Part shown: positions 1-8,471 of the stretch, one piece after another
Layout: every line of letters starts with the position of its first letter
Position numbering within the stretch: the stretch's first letter is position 1
Assembly: GCA_943350765.1 (NCBI GenBank)
Contig: CALRAJ010000001.1
Location: forward strand, 16,873-80,872
Reading direction: 5' to 3'
Length of the DNA stretch: 64,000 bases
DNA from: Candidatus Tayloriibacteriota bacterium
GTDB lineage: Bacteria > Patescibacteriota > Minisyncoccia > Phycocordibacterales > PALSA-1337
Position numbers and translations under genes: made by a program
Notes under the pieces: model-generated
The model's database searches: none
What the model saw: the letters and a program-made list of their open reading frames with translations, nothing else
What the model was told of the DNA's origin: nothing

Positions 1-16
1 CGAGGGACTAACACTA

Positions 17-232
17 ATGGGTAATATTGCTTTTATGTACGCAACATTGCTTGCCCCGATTGCACTCGTAATGACGGTAACCGCATATCAGCCTGCAATA
101 GTTTTTTTGATTGGGATAATTTTGACACTATATGTTCCCCACATTTCAATTGAAAAGATAACAACACGACATCTACTTCACAAGGGTCTGGCTATCGGTG
201 TGATGGTTTTTGCAAGTTATTTGTTGTACTAA
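17..232 (+). CDS. small hydrophobic membrane protein, 71 aa, unknown function
   Basis: The ORF encodes two predicted transmembrane segments. A GAGGG Shine-Dalgarno-like motif lies about 10 nt upstream of the ATG. Confidence 0.35.
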   Translation: MGNIAFMYATLLAPIALVMTVTAYQPAIVFLIGIILTLYVPHISIEKITTRHLLHKGLAIGVMVFASYLLY

Positions 233-282
233 TTTTCTTTTGGTTCGTTGTTTACTTTTCAAAAGTCTACTATACTTATCAT

Positions 283-1980
283 ATGGATTTATTTTGCCCA
301 GACGCTAGTCAAAATTTGTTTGGATTTTTTGATATCACACTTGCACCAAGACTTTTATTTTACTCCTATATACCGATCATCATAGTCGCTTTACTTTTTG
401 GATTTTACATTTTCACTAAGAACAAAAAGTCCCTAGACGGCAAATTAATTCTTTTAATATCGACCGCTTTTTCTGTCCAGATTTTAAATGAAATTATTCA
501 GTGGATTGCGGTGCATGTAAAAGTTGTGCATTTTAGCTGGCAATTATCAGCTATTTTACAAGTATCTATTTATGCATTTATAATACTTTTTGTCTTTTAC
601 TTTTTGAATAAACAAAAAGTACTTGCTTTTAGATACAAAGTACTACTTTTTTTAGGTGTTCTTCCTGTCGTGGCACTACTCTTTTCGGAGTATAATATAT
701 CTTCATTTGATTTAGTAAACTGTCAGGGTAATAACGGAATACTATGGTTTTACATATATGGATATGAGATTTTTTCGATTATTTTGGTTAGTTGGATGTG
801 TTTGAAAAAGTATTTTAGCAAAACAATAGACAAAAGTGCCAAGGAGGAAACATTACTCTTTATGTCTGGTGTTGTCCTTTTTTTGATTATTTTTACAATC
901 ACCAACATTCTAGGTGATGCAACACTCGTGTATCAGATAAACCTCGTGGGTCCTCTTGGTATGGTAGTTTTTCTCGGTTTTCTTTCTTATACGATAGTCA
1001 AGTTCAAGGCATTTAATATAAAACTTCTTGGTTCAGAAATACTTATTGCCGTTTTATTTTTTCTGGTATTTGCAATGTTTTTTGTACGAAGGATTGAAAA
1101 TGTAAAATATGTACTAGTTTTTACGCTAATATTTATAATTATTCTTGGCAGGTCTCTTATTCGAGGAGTAAAAAGGGAAGTGGCATCGCGTGAGAAAATA
1201 GAGGAGCTTGCCGATAGTCTGGTAAAATCAAATGACAAATTAGAAAATGCCAACAATCAACTCAAAGAGCTAGATAGGCTAAAGTCAGAATTCCTTTCGC
1301 TTGCTTCTCATCAAATCAGAAATCCGCTGACAGCGATCAAAGGCTATGCGTCGCTCGTACTAGACGGTACTTATGGGGAGGTGTCTCAGTCAGTACGAGA
1401 GGCTGTTGACCGTATGTATCAGTCTACCCAGTCTCTCGTAACCATTGTGAGTGATTTTCTCGATGTTTCCCGTATTGAGCAAGGGACAATGAAGTATGAT
1501 TTTACAAGTTTTGATATTAAAAAGCTGGCAATACAAGTGGTGGCGGAGTTTAAGCCAAGTATACTAAAAGCAGGTCTAGAGATTTCAGTAAAAGCCTCAA
1601 ATGAAGATTATTTTGTAAATGCAGATCAAGGCAAGATCAAGCAAGTGATCGGCAACTTTATTGATAATTCAATAAAATATACTCCGAAAGGTTCGATACA
1701 AGTGTCGCTCGCGAGGCACACCCTTTCTGATGGAATAAGCGGTCGTGTTAGGGTAATTGTTTCTGATACTGGTATCGGAATGGATAAGGAAGTTATTCCT
1801 CATCTTTTTGCTAGATTTACGCGTGATAAAGATGCTTTTCGGACAAATGTGAGTGGCACTGGTCTCGGACTTTACATTACCAAACAAATGATAGAGGCAC
1901 ATCATGGTAAAATCTGGGCAGAGTCTGATGGAAAAGGCAAGGGTTCGAGGTTTATTTTTGAGATTGATACGATAAGGTAA
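283..1980 (+). CDS. sensor histidine kinase with a multi-pass membrane N-terminal domain
   Basis: The N-terminal half is hydrophobic with 6-7 predicted helices. It carries an H-box (SHQIRNPLTAIKGYASL), an N-box (IGNFIDNSIKYT) and a G-box (GTGLGLYITKQM), followed by a stem-loop at 1989-2031. Confidence 0.85.
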   Translation: MDLFCPDASQNLFGFFDITLAPRLLFYSYIPIIIVALLFGFYIFTKNKKSLDGKLILLISTAFSVQILNEIIQWIAVHVKVVHFSWQLSAILQVSIYAFIILFVFYFLNKQKVLAFRYKVLLFLGVLPVVALLFSEYNISSFDLVNCQGNNGILWFYIYGYEIFSIILVSWMCLKKYFSKTIDKSAKEETLLFMSGVVLFLIIFTITNILGDATLVYQINLVGPLGMVVFLGFLSYTIVKFKAFNIKLLGSEILIAVLFFLVFAMFFVRRIENVKYVLVFTLIFIIILGRSLIRGVKREVASREKIEELADSLVKSNDKLENANNQLKELDRLKSEFLSLASHQIRNPLTAIKGYASLVLDGTYGEVSQSVREAVDRMYQSTQSLVTIVSDFLDVSRIEQGTMKYDFTSFDIKKLAIQVVAEFKPSILKAGLEISVKASNEDYFVNADQGKIKQVIGNFIDNSIKYTPKGSIQVSLARHTLSDGISGRVRVIVSDTGIGMDKEVIPHLFARFTRDKDAFRTNVSGTGLGLYITKQMIEAHHGKIWAESDGKGKGSRFIFEIDTIR

Positions 1981-1988
1981 AAATGGTA

Positions 1989-2031
1989 GAAGGGCTCAAC
2001 GGTAAATGGTTGAGCCCTTCTACCAAACGAT
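1989..2031 (+). terminator. GC-rich 17 bp stem-loop (GGTAGAAGGGCTCAACC/GGTTGAGCCCTTCTACC) directly after the kinase stop codon
   Basis: A perfect inverted repeat is read directly from the sequence. It belongs to the GGCTCAAC hairpin family. Confidence 0.5.
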
Positions 2032-2215
2032 GGCTTAAACTCGTCGAGGCTTGTTTTTGAGAATGTGGCTCTGTATAGGCACGCTAAACGGCTAAACACT
2101 AGTGTTTAGCCGTTTAATACTATCGGGCGTAGTATTGTAGTTTGTAACACGCTTCATGGTTTAGGTGGTGGGTAGTAATTTCCCGTTTTCTACTTTATTT
2201 GATATACTAAAGAGT

Positions 2216-3172
2216 ATGAAAAAAGTTTTATTATCAGGAATACAGCCTACAGGTCGACCACATATTGGCAATTATTTTGGTGCGATGAAGCAGTGGGTTG
2301 ATCTGCAGACAAGTCAGCCAGATACAGAGAAGTTTTTTATGATTGCCGACTATCATGCACTCAACTTTATTCAAAACAATGAAGAATTGAAGCAGAATAT
2401 CCTCGATGTTGTGCTGGACTATTTAGCTATTGGTCTCGATCCAAAGCAGTCAGCGATTTTTAAACAGTCAGATGTCTCGGCGCATACTGAGCTGGCGTGG
2501 ATTTTTGATACTATTACTACCATGCCGTATTTGATGCGTGCCCACGCATTCAAAGACGCCGAAGTAAAAAATAAGGAGATAGGGGTGGGGACTTTCAACT
2601 ACCCAATGCTCATGTCAGCAGACATTTTACTATATGACACAACTGTAGTACCCGTAGGTCAGGACCAGAAACAACATATCGAATATGCTCGTGATACTGC
2701 GGAAAAGTTTAATCGTATTTTTGGTGAGACATTTGTGTTGCCTGAAGCACTGATAATGAAGGAAGTGGCTGTCGTACCAGGTACTGATGGTCAGAAAATG
2801 AGTAAAAGCTATGGCAACACAATACCTCTTTTTGCTACCGATGAAGAGATTAGGAAAGCAGTGATGAGTATTGTGACGGATTCATCTGGCAGTATTCCGA
2901 AAAATGTCTACGAGATCCATAAACTTTTTCGTTCTACTACGGAGCTCGATGTTTTATACAAAGAGAAGTCAGGCAAGTACAAAGACTTAAAAGACGCCTT
3001 GATTGCTGATATTTCTGCATTTATAAAACCGCTACGGGAGAGACGGGAAGAGTTCGCTAAAAATAAAGATGCTGTATTAGCTATTCTCAAAGCTGGTGGA
3101 GAAAAGGCAAAGGCCAAGGCACAAGCAAAGATAGAGGTGGTGCGAGAAAAAATCGGGGTAAGGTTGTATTAG
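2216..3172 (+). CDS. trpS: tryptophanyl-tRNA synthetase
   Basis: HIGH-type motif (PHIGNYFG) and a KMSKS motif are present, and the size fits class I TrpRS. The ORF opens at 2165, but the MKKVLL start at 2216 matches TrpRS N-termini and follows a TGATATACT -10 box. Confidence 0.9.
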   Translation: MKKVLLSGIQPTGRPHIGNYFGAMKQWVDLQTSQPDTEKFFMIADYHALNFIQNNEELKQNILDVVLDYLAIGLDPKQSAIFKQSDVSAHTELAWIFDTITTMPYLMRAHAFKDAEVKNKEIGVGTFNYPMLMSADILLYDTTVVPVGQDQKQHIEYARDTAEKFNRIFGETFVLPEALIMKEVAVVPGTDGQKMSKSYGNTIPLFATDEEIRKAVMSIVTDSSGSIPKNVYEIHKLFRSTTELDVLYKEKSGKYKDLKDALIADISAFIKPLRERREEFAKNKDAVLAILKAGGEKAKAKAQAKIEVVREKIGVRLY

Positions 3173-3175
3173 TTA

Positions 3176-3286
3176 GGTTTTTCAAAATAGTCCTTTTTAA
3201 GGGTACGAGTATTTCCCTGGTAGGAAATTTCTGAAGTCTCGGCTACACGCCTGCGAACCCCCTTAAAAAGGACTATTTTGAAAAAC
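3176..3286. repeat. short divergent copy of the MITE-like palindromic element (core CGAGTATTTCCCTGGTAGGAAATTTCTGAAGTCTCGGCTAC)
   Basis: The arms TTTTCAAAATAGTCCTTTTTAAGGG / CCCTTAAAAAGGACTATTTTGAAAA form an inverted repeat. The core is shared with the other copies. Confidence 0.55.
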
Positions 3287-3322
3287 CTTTGTGGTGGTGG
3301 AGGTAGGTGAGAAGTTAAAAAT

Positions 3323-5140
3323 ATGTCCAAAAAAACAACAAAAGAACAATTTGGCTCTGTTTTAGAACTTTTACGCAATAGTAAGCGTCTCTTGAGGCTG
3401 GTATGGAAAGAGCAAAGAAAAATGATACTGATCATTGTTCTATTATCCCTAGGTATTTCTCTAATGCCTTTTTTGAAAAGCGGAGTACTCGCTCTTTTGG
3501 TAAATAATCTAACCAATATAAATACTGTGGGTACTGGAGCTATTACTTGGCTCTCAGTGCTTGCTGTGATGATGATTTTGGTACCAGAGTTGCTATATGG
3601 TCTAAAGAGTTATGTTGATCGTTGGTTCAGTATTGATTTACAAGAAAGTTTTGAAATCTTCTTTATTTCTAAAAAATCGACAATGGATATTGCGACCATA
3701 GAGGATCCAAAGTTTAATGACATATTGAATACTTTACAGGAGAGAGGTGTGTGGCCAATGGTAAATATGGTAGAGGACATGTTTATGAATCTTCCAAACA
3801 TTCTGGGGGTCATCATTGCTTCTATTATATTGTACACATTTAGTCCTTGGCTTTTTATAATCATTACAATTGCAGTGTTACCTAGAGTATTTGTTGAAGC
3901 GATATACGGTGATGGTGTATACGGCATATATCACGCTGAGGCATCGGTGCGAAGGCGTTTCTGGGCTTTCAGAGATTATTTTATGGATAAAAGAGATTTG
4001 ACAGAAATGAAGTTGTTTCAAAGTACTGGTTATTTTATCAAGATAATTGCTGATATTTTTCATTCGTTCAATACAAAACAAAAAACTGTCGAAAGAAAAA
4101 GAATTTTTTGGCATATGGTCGCACTTTTGGTAACGGGTGGAGCGATAGGTGGGGGTGTCATACTGGTGATTCGTAGTGTGCTCTCTGGTGAGACAGAAGT
4201 GGGGACAATGATTTTTGTAATTTCAGCTATTATTGAGCTAGAGTGGGCATTATCAGGATTTTTGATGAATTTGGCTAAACAATATAAAAACAGTTTGTTT
4301 GTATCTGATTTATTTAGGATACTGGATATAAAGTCAAATCTACCAAAGGCAAGTAATCCCTTTAAAATAAATCCAACTCAAACACCAAGAATTGTTTTTG
4401 ATGATGTTTCTTTTTCTTATCCTGGGACAAAACGAGAGGTGCTTTCTCATCTTTCTTTTACTATAGAGTCTGGAGAAAAGCTGGCACTGGTGGGTGTAAA
4501 TGGTGCTGGCAAGACTACTTTGGTAAAGCTACTCTGCCGAGTGTATGACCCTACTATTGGAAGGATATTGATAGATGGAAGGGATTTACGAGATCTGGAT
4601 ATACATAGCTGGCTTCATACACTCGGAGTACTTTTTCAAGATTACACTTCCTATCAAATGAAAGCTTCAGAGTCGATTGCATTAGGTAGAACCAGTGAGC
4701 CGTTTGACATGGATCGGGTAAAATGGGCAGCACAGGGAAGTGAGGCATCGGAGTTTATAGATGAATGGGAAAATGGATATGAACAGATGTTGGGTAAACA
4801 GTTTGAGGGTGGTATTGATCCATCAAAGGGTCAGCTTCAAAAGCTCGCTCTGGCTCGAGTGTTGTATCGTAATCCTGCTGTGCTTATTCTCGATGAGCCG
4901 ACGGCCTCCGTGGATGCCGAGTCCGAAGCAAAGATTTTTGCTAGGCTAGAGGCTTTACCAAAAGACAAGACAGTGATTCTTATTTCCCATCGCTTTTCGA
5001 CAGTGCGTACAGCAGACAAGATACTAGTTTTGAAAGACGGTATGGTGCATGAGCTGGGGTCGCATACTGAGCTGATCAAAAAAGCTGGGACCTATGCTGA
5101 AATATTTAAATTGCAAGCAAAGGGGTACAATACCGAGTAG
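3323..5140 (+). CDS. ABC transporter, fused permease/ATP-binding protein (exporter type)
   Basis: An N-terminal 6-TM domain is followed by Walker A (GVNGAGKTTL), an ABC signature-like motif (SKGQLQKLALA) and Walker B (LILDEPTASVD). Confidence 0.85.
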   Translation: MSKKTTKEQFGSVLELLRNSKRLLRLVWKEQRKMILIIVLLSLGISLMPFLKSGVLALLVNNLTNINTVGTGAITWLSVLAVMMILVPELLYGLKSYVDRWFSIDLQESFEIFFISKKSTMDIATIEDPKFNDILNTLQERGVWPMVNMVEDMFMNLPNILGVIIASIILYTFSPWLFIIITIAVLPRVFVEAIYGDGVYGIYHAEASVRRRFWAFRDYFMDKRDLTEMKLFQSTGYFIKIIADIFHSFNTKQKTVERKRIFWHMVALLVTGGAIGGGVILVIRSVLSGETEVGTMIFVISAIIELEWALSGFLMNLAKQYKNSLFVSDLFRILDIKSNLPKASNPFKINPTQTPRIVFDDVSFSYPGTKREVLSHLSFTIESGEKLALVGVNGAGKTTLVKLLCRVYDPTIGRILIDGRDLRDLDIHSWLHTLGVLFQDYTSYQMKASESIALGRTSEPFDMDRVKWAAQGSEASEFIDEWENGYEQMLGKQFEGGIDPSKGQLQKLALARVLYRNPAVLILDEPTASVDAESEAKIFARLEALPKDKTVILISHRFSTVRTADKILVLKDGMVHELGSHTELIKKAGTYAEIFKLQAKGYNTE

Positions 5141-5171
5141 TCAAAAGTCGAAAGTACGGAGTTGAAAGTGG

Positions 5172-5209
5172 AGAAATCCCCGAATTTTCAGTAGAAAATT
5201 CGGGGATTT
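5172..5209. repeat. hairpin module of the CCCCGAAAAT family (AAATCCCCGAATTTTC-AGTAG-AAAATTCGGGGATTT)
   Basis: A perfect inverted repeat is read from the sequence. Related copies lie at 31932-31976 and 54664-54693, with a variant at 9664-9710. Confidence 0.5.
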
Positions 5210-5228
5210 ATGGCAAAAGTAGGTAAAA

Positions 5229-5290
5229 ATGAGATTGGCTCTGCAGAGCCAATCTCATCGGCTAAACTCCGTGCTTAGCCGATGAGATTT
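5229..5290. repeat. composite hairpin module TGGCTCTGCAGAGCCA + GGCTAAAC-N-GCTTAGCC
   Basis: Two adjacent perfect palindromes. The same two-part module recurs at 9598-9657, 19093-19150, 45441-45497, 50921-50962 and 54702-54755. Confidence 0.55.
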
Positions 5291-5356
5291 ATAGGTAGAT
5301 AAGGTTAAATAACTAGTGCATCTACGCTATAGCGTAGATGCACTAGTTTAGGTTAC

Positions 5357-5497
5357 TCCAAATTACAAAATACCTTTCTTAGCATATCTTTTTGAAAGCA
5401 CGAGTATTTCTTTGGTAAAAAATCTCTCAAGTCTCAGCTACCCGCTTCCGAAGTCTTTCAAAAAGATACGCCTGCGACGGTATTTGGTAATTTGGTG
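5357..5497. repeat. MITE-like palindromic element, short variant in reverse orientation with a central deletion
   Basis: The termini are CCAAATTACAAAATACC...GGTATTTGGTAATTTGG, and the core CACGAGTATTTCTTTGGTAAAAAATCTCTCAAGTCTCAGCTAC is shared with the other copies. Confidence 0.6.
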
Positions 5498-5525
5498 TAG
5501 GTCGGTATTTTCTTTTGTGGATATA

Positions 5526-5735
5526 TGCTATACTGTTTTTATAAGCCCCTAACGCTCTGACAACGCGTCGTTTCTAGAAGGAAACAGGCTTTTTAAACAA
5601 AACTACAGAGGCTTTATAATAAGCGAATTGAGGTGGCACCACGACATGACCAACACTAGATGTGTTAGGCAAATATCGTCCTCATAAAATTATCCATCGG
5701 GTAGTTTTGTGAGGGCGATTTTAATTTTATCAAAA
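5526..5735 (+). promoter_or_regulatory. probable T-box riboswitch leader for aspS, with an extended -10 (TGCTATACT), a GAC specifier, a T-box core and an SD-sequestering hairpin
   Basis: The -10 box TGCTATACT lies at 5526-5534. A GAC triplet sits at about 5559-5561 in a loop context (CTCTGACAACG). The sequence AATTGAGGTGGCACCACGAC at 5626-5645 matches the T-box consensus AANNNGGGUGGNACCGCG and carries a UGGC bulge, which fits the G73 discriminator of tRNA-Asp. The downstream hairpin CCTCATAAAA...TTTTGTGAGG overlaps a GAGGG Shine-Dalgarno-like sequence. Confidence 0.55.
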
Positions 5736-7067
5736 ATGAAAAGAATATATATCAAAGAATTAGAAAATAATATTGGGCAAGAAGTATTGATTTCTGGCTG
5801 GGTGGATGTGCGTCGAGATCAGGGTAAAATGATTTTTTTTGAGTTTCGAGATGTGAGCGGAAAAATACAGGGAGTGATTTTACCAAATGCAAAAGAGGCA
5901 CATGTGGTGGGGAGTACCCTTCGTCCAGAGTGGGTGGTTTCTGTATTGGGTAAGGTAAACGCACGCCCTGAAAAAAATATTCAAAAAGACAAGCTTAATG
6001 GTGCTATCGAGCTTGAGATTTTGAGTATTGAGGTATTATCAGAGGCAAAGGAGGTACCCTTTGAACTTAATACCGAGGTGAACCTTGATACACATCTCGA
6101 TTACCTTCCTTTTACATTGAGAAATGCTCGTACTCGAGACATTTTTAAAATGCAGGCATCAATACTTAATGCATATCGAAACTCGCTAGCCTCACAAGGC
6201 TTTACTGAGTTTATTGCCCCGGCACTTGTGGGCGGTGATGCTGAAGGGGGGGCGGCAGCATTTAAAGTCGAATATTTTTATGATAAGACAGCTTTTCTTG
6301 CGACAAGTCCACAGCTTTATAAGCAAATAATGGTGGGCTCATTTGAACGAGTGTTTACTATCGCGAAAGTATTTAGAGCTGAAAAAAGTGCTACTACTCG
6401 TCATATATCCGAAATCACTCAGATGGATTTTGAAATGGGTTTTATTGAGGATGAGACTGCACCAATGCAGGTACTCGAAGCCGTTGTTCGTGACACGGTA
6501 GAAGCTGTCACAAAAAAGCATTCAGATATTTTTGCGAGATTTAATACTACCCCCCCTGAAATCCCTGCTAAAATACCAGTATTTACACTCAAGGATGCTC
6601 ATGCACTGATTGCAAAAGAATTCAATCGCACTATTGAAGATGTGTACGATATGGCTCCGGAGGATGAGAGACAAATTTGTGAGTATGCAAAAAAGAATCT
6701 GAAATCCGATTTCGTCTTTATAACCAAGTTTCCAACCAAGAAGCGAGCATTTTACACCTACGAGGAACCAACCGAAGCCCCGTTTTCCCGAGGTTTTGAC
6801 CTCCTTTTTCGAGGACTTGAAATTAATAGTGGTGCACAGCGTATTAATAACTACGAGTCACTCGTGGCTCGGATGAAAGACCGTGGACTTGATCCAGAAA
6901 AGTTCTCATTCTACCTTCAGGCTTTTAAATACGGCATGCCTCCTCACGGTGGTTCTTCGACTGGACTCGAACGATTTACTGCACGCATGCTCGAGATTAC
7001 AAATGTGAAAGAAGCAACCGCATTTCCGCGTGATTTAAATCGTATCGACACACTTTTGTCTCAGTAG
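5736..7067 (+). CDS. aspS: aspartyl-tRNA synthetase (archaeal-type size; possibly non-discriminating Asp/Asn)
   Basis: An OB-fold N-terminus is followed by class II motifs (FRAE, GLERF, PPHGG). It is about 443 aa from the ATG at 5736; the ORF track opens at a GTG at 5709. Confidence 0.85.
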   Translation: MKRIYIKELENNIGQEVLISGWVDVRRDQGKMIFFEFRDVSGKIQGVILPNAKEAHVVGSTLRPEWVVSVLGKVNARPEKNIQKDKLNGAIELEILSIEVLSEAKEVPFELNTEVNLDTHLDYLPFTLRNARTRDIFKMQASILNAYRNSLASQGFTEFIAPALVGGDAEGGAAAFKVEYFYDKTAFLATSPQLYKQIMVGSFERVFTIAKVFRAEKSATTRHISEITQMDFEMGFIEDETAPMQVLEAVVRDTVEAVTKKHSDIFARFNTTPPEIPAKIPVFTLKDAHALIAKEFNRTIEDVYDMAPEDERQICEYAKKNLKSDFVFITKFPTKKRAFYTYEEPTEAPFSRGFDLLFRGLEINSGAQRINNYESLVARMKDRGLDPEKFSFYLQAFKYGMPPHGGSSTGLERFTARMLEITNVKEATAFPRDLNRIDTLLSQ

Positions 7068-7080
7068 TTTTGATTAAAAT

Positions 7081-7815
7081 ATGATTGCCACCTACACCGT
7101 AAAACAAGCATCATTTGAAGGACCACTCGAGCTACTACTCGAGCTGATTGAAAAGCGGAAGCTTTTTATAAACGACATTTCTCTGGCACAAGTTACGGAC
7201 GATTTTATTGGTCGCATAGGAGATGGTGCGCAACATTCCATTGCTGATAGCGCACAGTTTATTCTGGTAGCATCGACACTACTTCTTATTAAGTCAAAAT
7301 CGCTTCTTCCGACGCTCTCTCTGACACAGGAGGAACAGGGAAGTATTGAGGATTTGAATAAACGACTAGAGGTCTATCAACGGATTAAAAATCTAAGTGT
7401 CCATATTAAAGAAAGATTTGGTTTATCACAGCTTTTTTTTCCAGTTCAGTCTAGGGTGTATGAACCAGTCTTTTCGCCAGACGCATCTATGACCGCAGAA
7501 AATATTCGGCAGGCAATGACAGATGTTATACTCCACCTACCAAAGAAAGAATCCTTGCCTAAGGTGCTGGTAAAAAAAGTGATTAGCCTCGAGGAGATGA
7601 TCGATAGTTTAACTTCGCGTATCCAGTCTAGTCTCAGAATGGCCTTTAAGACTTTTGCTGGTATTGGAAGAGAAGAAAAGGTCAATGTGATAGTGAGCTT
7701 TCTAGCTATGCTTGAGCTAGTGAAGCAAGGTATACTGATGGTGTCACAAGAGCAGGCTTTTGACGATATTCAAATGGAAAGTCGAGATATCGGAGTTCCG
7801 AAATATACGCTATAA
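7081..7815 (+). CDS. scpA: segregation and condensation protein A (kleisin)
   Basis: The N-terminus ASFEGPLELLLELIEKRKLFINDISLAQVTDDF is typical of ScpA. It is followed by scpB. Confidence 0.8.
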   Translation: MIATYTVKQASFEGPLELLLELIEKRKLFINDISLAQVTDDFIGRIGDGAQHSIADSAQFILVASTLLLIKSKSLLPTLSLTQEEQGSIEDLNKRLEVYQRIKNLSVHIKERFGLSQLFFPVQSRVYEPVFSPDASMTAENIRQAMTDVILHLPKKESLPKVLVKKVISLEEMIDSLTSRIQSSLRMAFKTFAGIGREEKVNVIVSFLAMLELVKQGILMVSQEQAFDDIQMESRDIGVPKYTL

Positions 7816-7832
7816 TATCACATAATTTATCT

Positions 7833-8453
7833 ATGGAACTATCCGCACAAATAGAAGCGCTACTTTTTTGGAAAGCTGAGCCGATTTCAGCAAAGAGACT
7901 CGTGCAAATCCTGAAAAAAGAACCCAAAGAAATCGAGTCTGCTCTTTTGAAACTCGAAGAACAGCTCGTAGGTCGCGGGCTGTGTTTGGTGTATAAAGAT
8001 GACGAGGTAACTCTCGCCACAGCAAGAGGATGTGCGGAAATGATCGAGACCCTGACTAAAGAAGAACTTACCAAAGATCTCGGTAAAGCTGGCCTCGAAA
8101 CACTGTCTATAGTAATCTACCGTGGTCCAGTGTCTCGTAGCGAAATCGACTATATTCGAGGTGTAAACTCAAACTTTATCCTTCGCAACCTTTTGGTGCG
8201 TGGGCTAGTAGAGCGAGTATCAAAGCCAGGAGATGAGCGGAGTTATCTTTACAAACCTACCTTTGACTTGCTTGCGTATATTGGGGTAAAGAGAGTTGAG
8301 GATTTGCCCGAGTATACCCGTATGCGTGAGGAAATAGAGACTCTACAAAAACAGACAGAAAATGATAGTAAGATTTCCAAGGCTGACCTAGAAGAAACAA
8401 TTTATCCGGAAAATTCTCCTTCAGATGAAAATCGTGATACACTAAGTAAATAA
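7833..8453 (+). CDS. scpB: segregation and condensation protein B
   Basis: The N-terminus LSAQIEALLFWKAEPISAKRLVQIL resembles ScpB winged-helix proteins. The gene is paired with scpA. Confidence 0.8.
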   Translation: MELSAQIEALLFWKAEPISAKRLVQILKKEPKEIESALLKLEEQLVGRGLCLVYKDDEVTLATARGCAEMIETLTKEELTKDLGKAGLETLSIVIYRGPVSRSEIDYIRGVNSNFILRNLLVRGLVERVSKPGDERSYLYKPTFDLLAYIGVKRVEDLPEYTRMREEIETLQKQTENDSKISKADLEETIYPENSPSDENRDTLSK

Positions 8454-8471
8454 TTTCATTATAATCTTTTT

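Noticed and set aside
3169-3516. 115 aa minus-strand ORF
   Set aside because: It overlaps the short MITE-like copy and the 5' end of the ABC transporter gene on the opposite strand, and it contains the PPPP run produced by the GGTGGTGGAGG ribosome-binding region.
5229-5290. Possibility that the repeated GGCTAAAC / GGCTCAAC hairpins form a CRISPR array
   Set aside because: The copies are dispersed singly or in pairs across the whole window. They are not tandemly arrayed with uniform spacers, and no cas genes are present.
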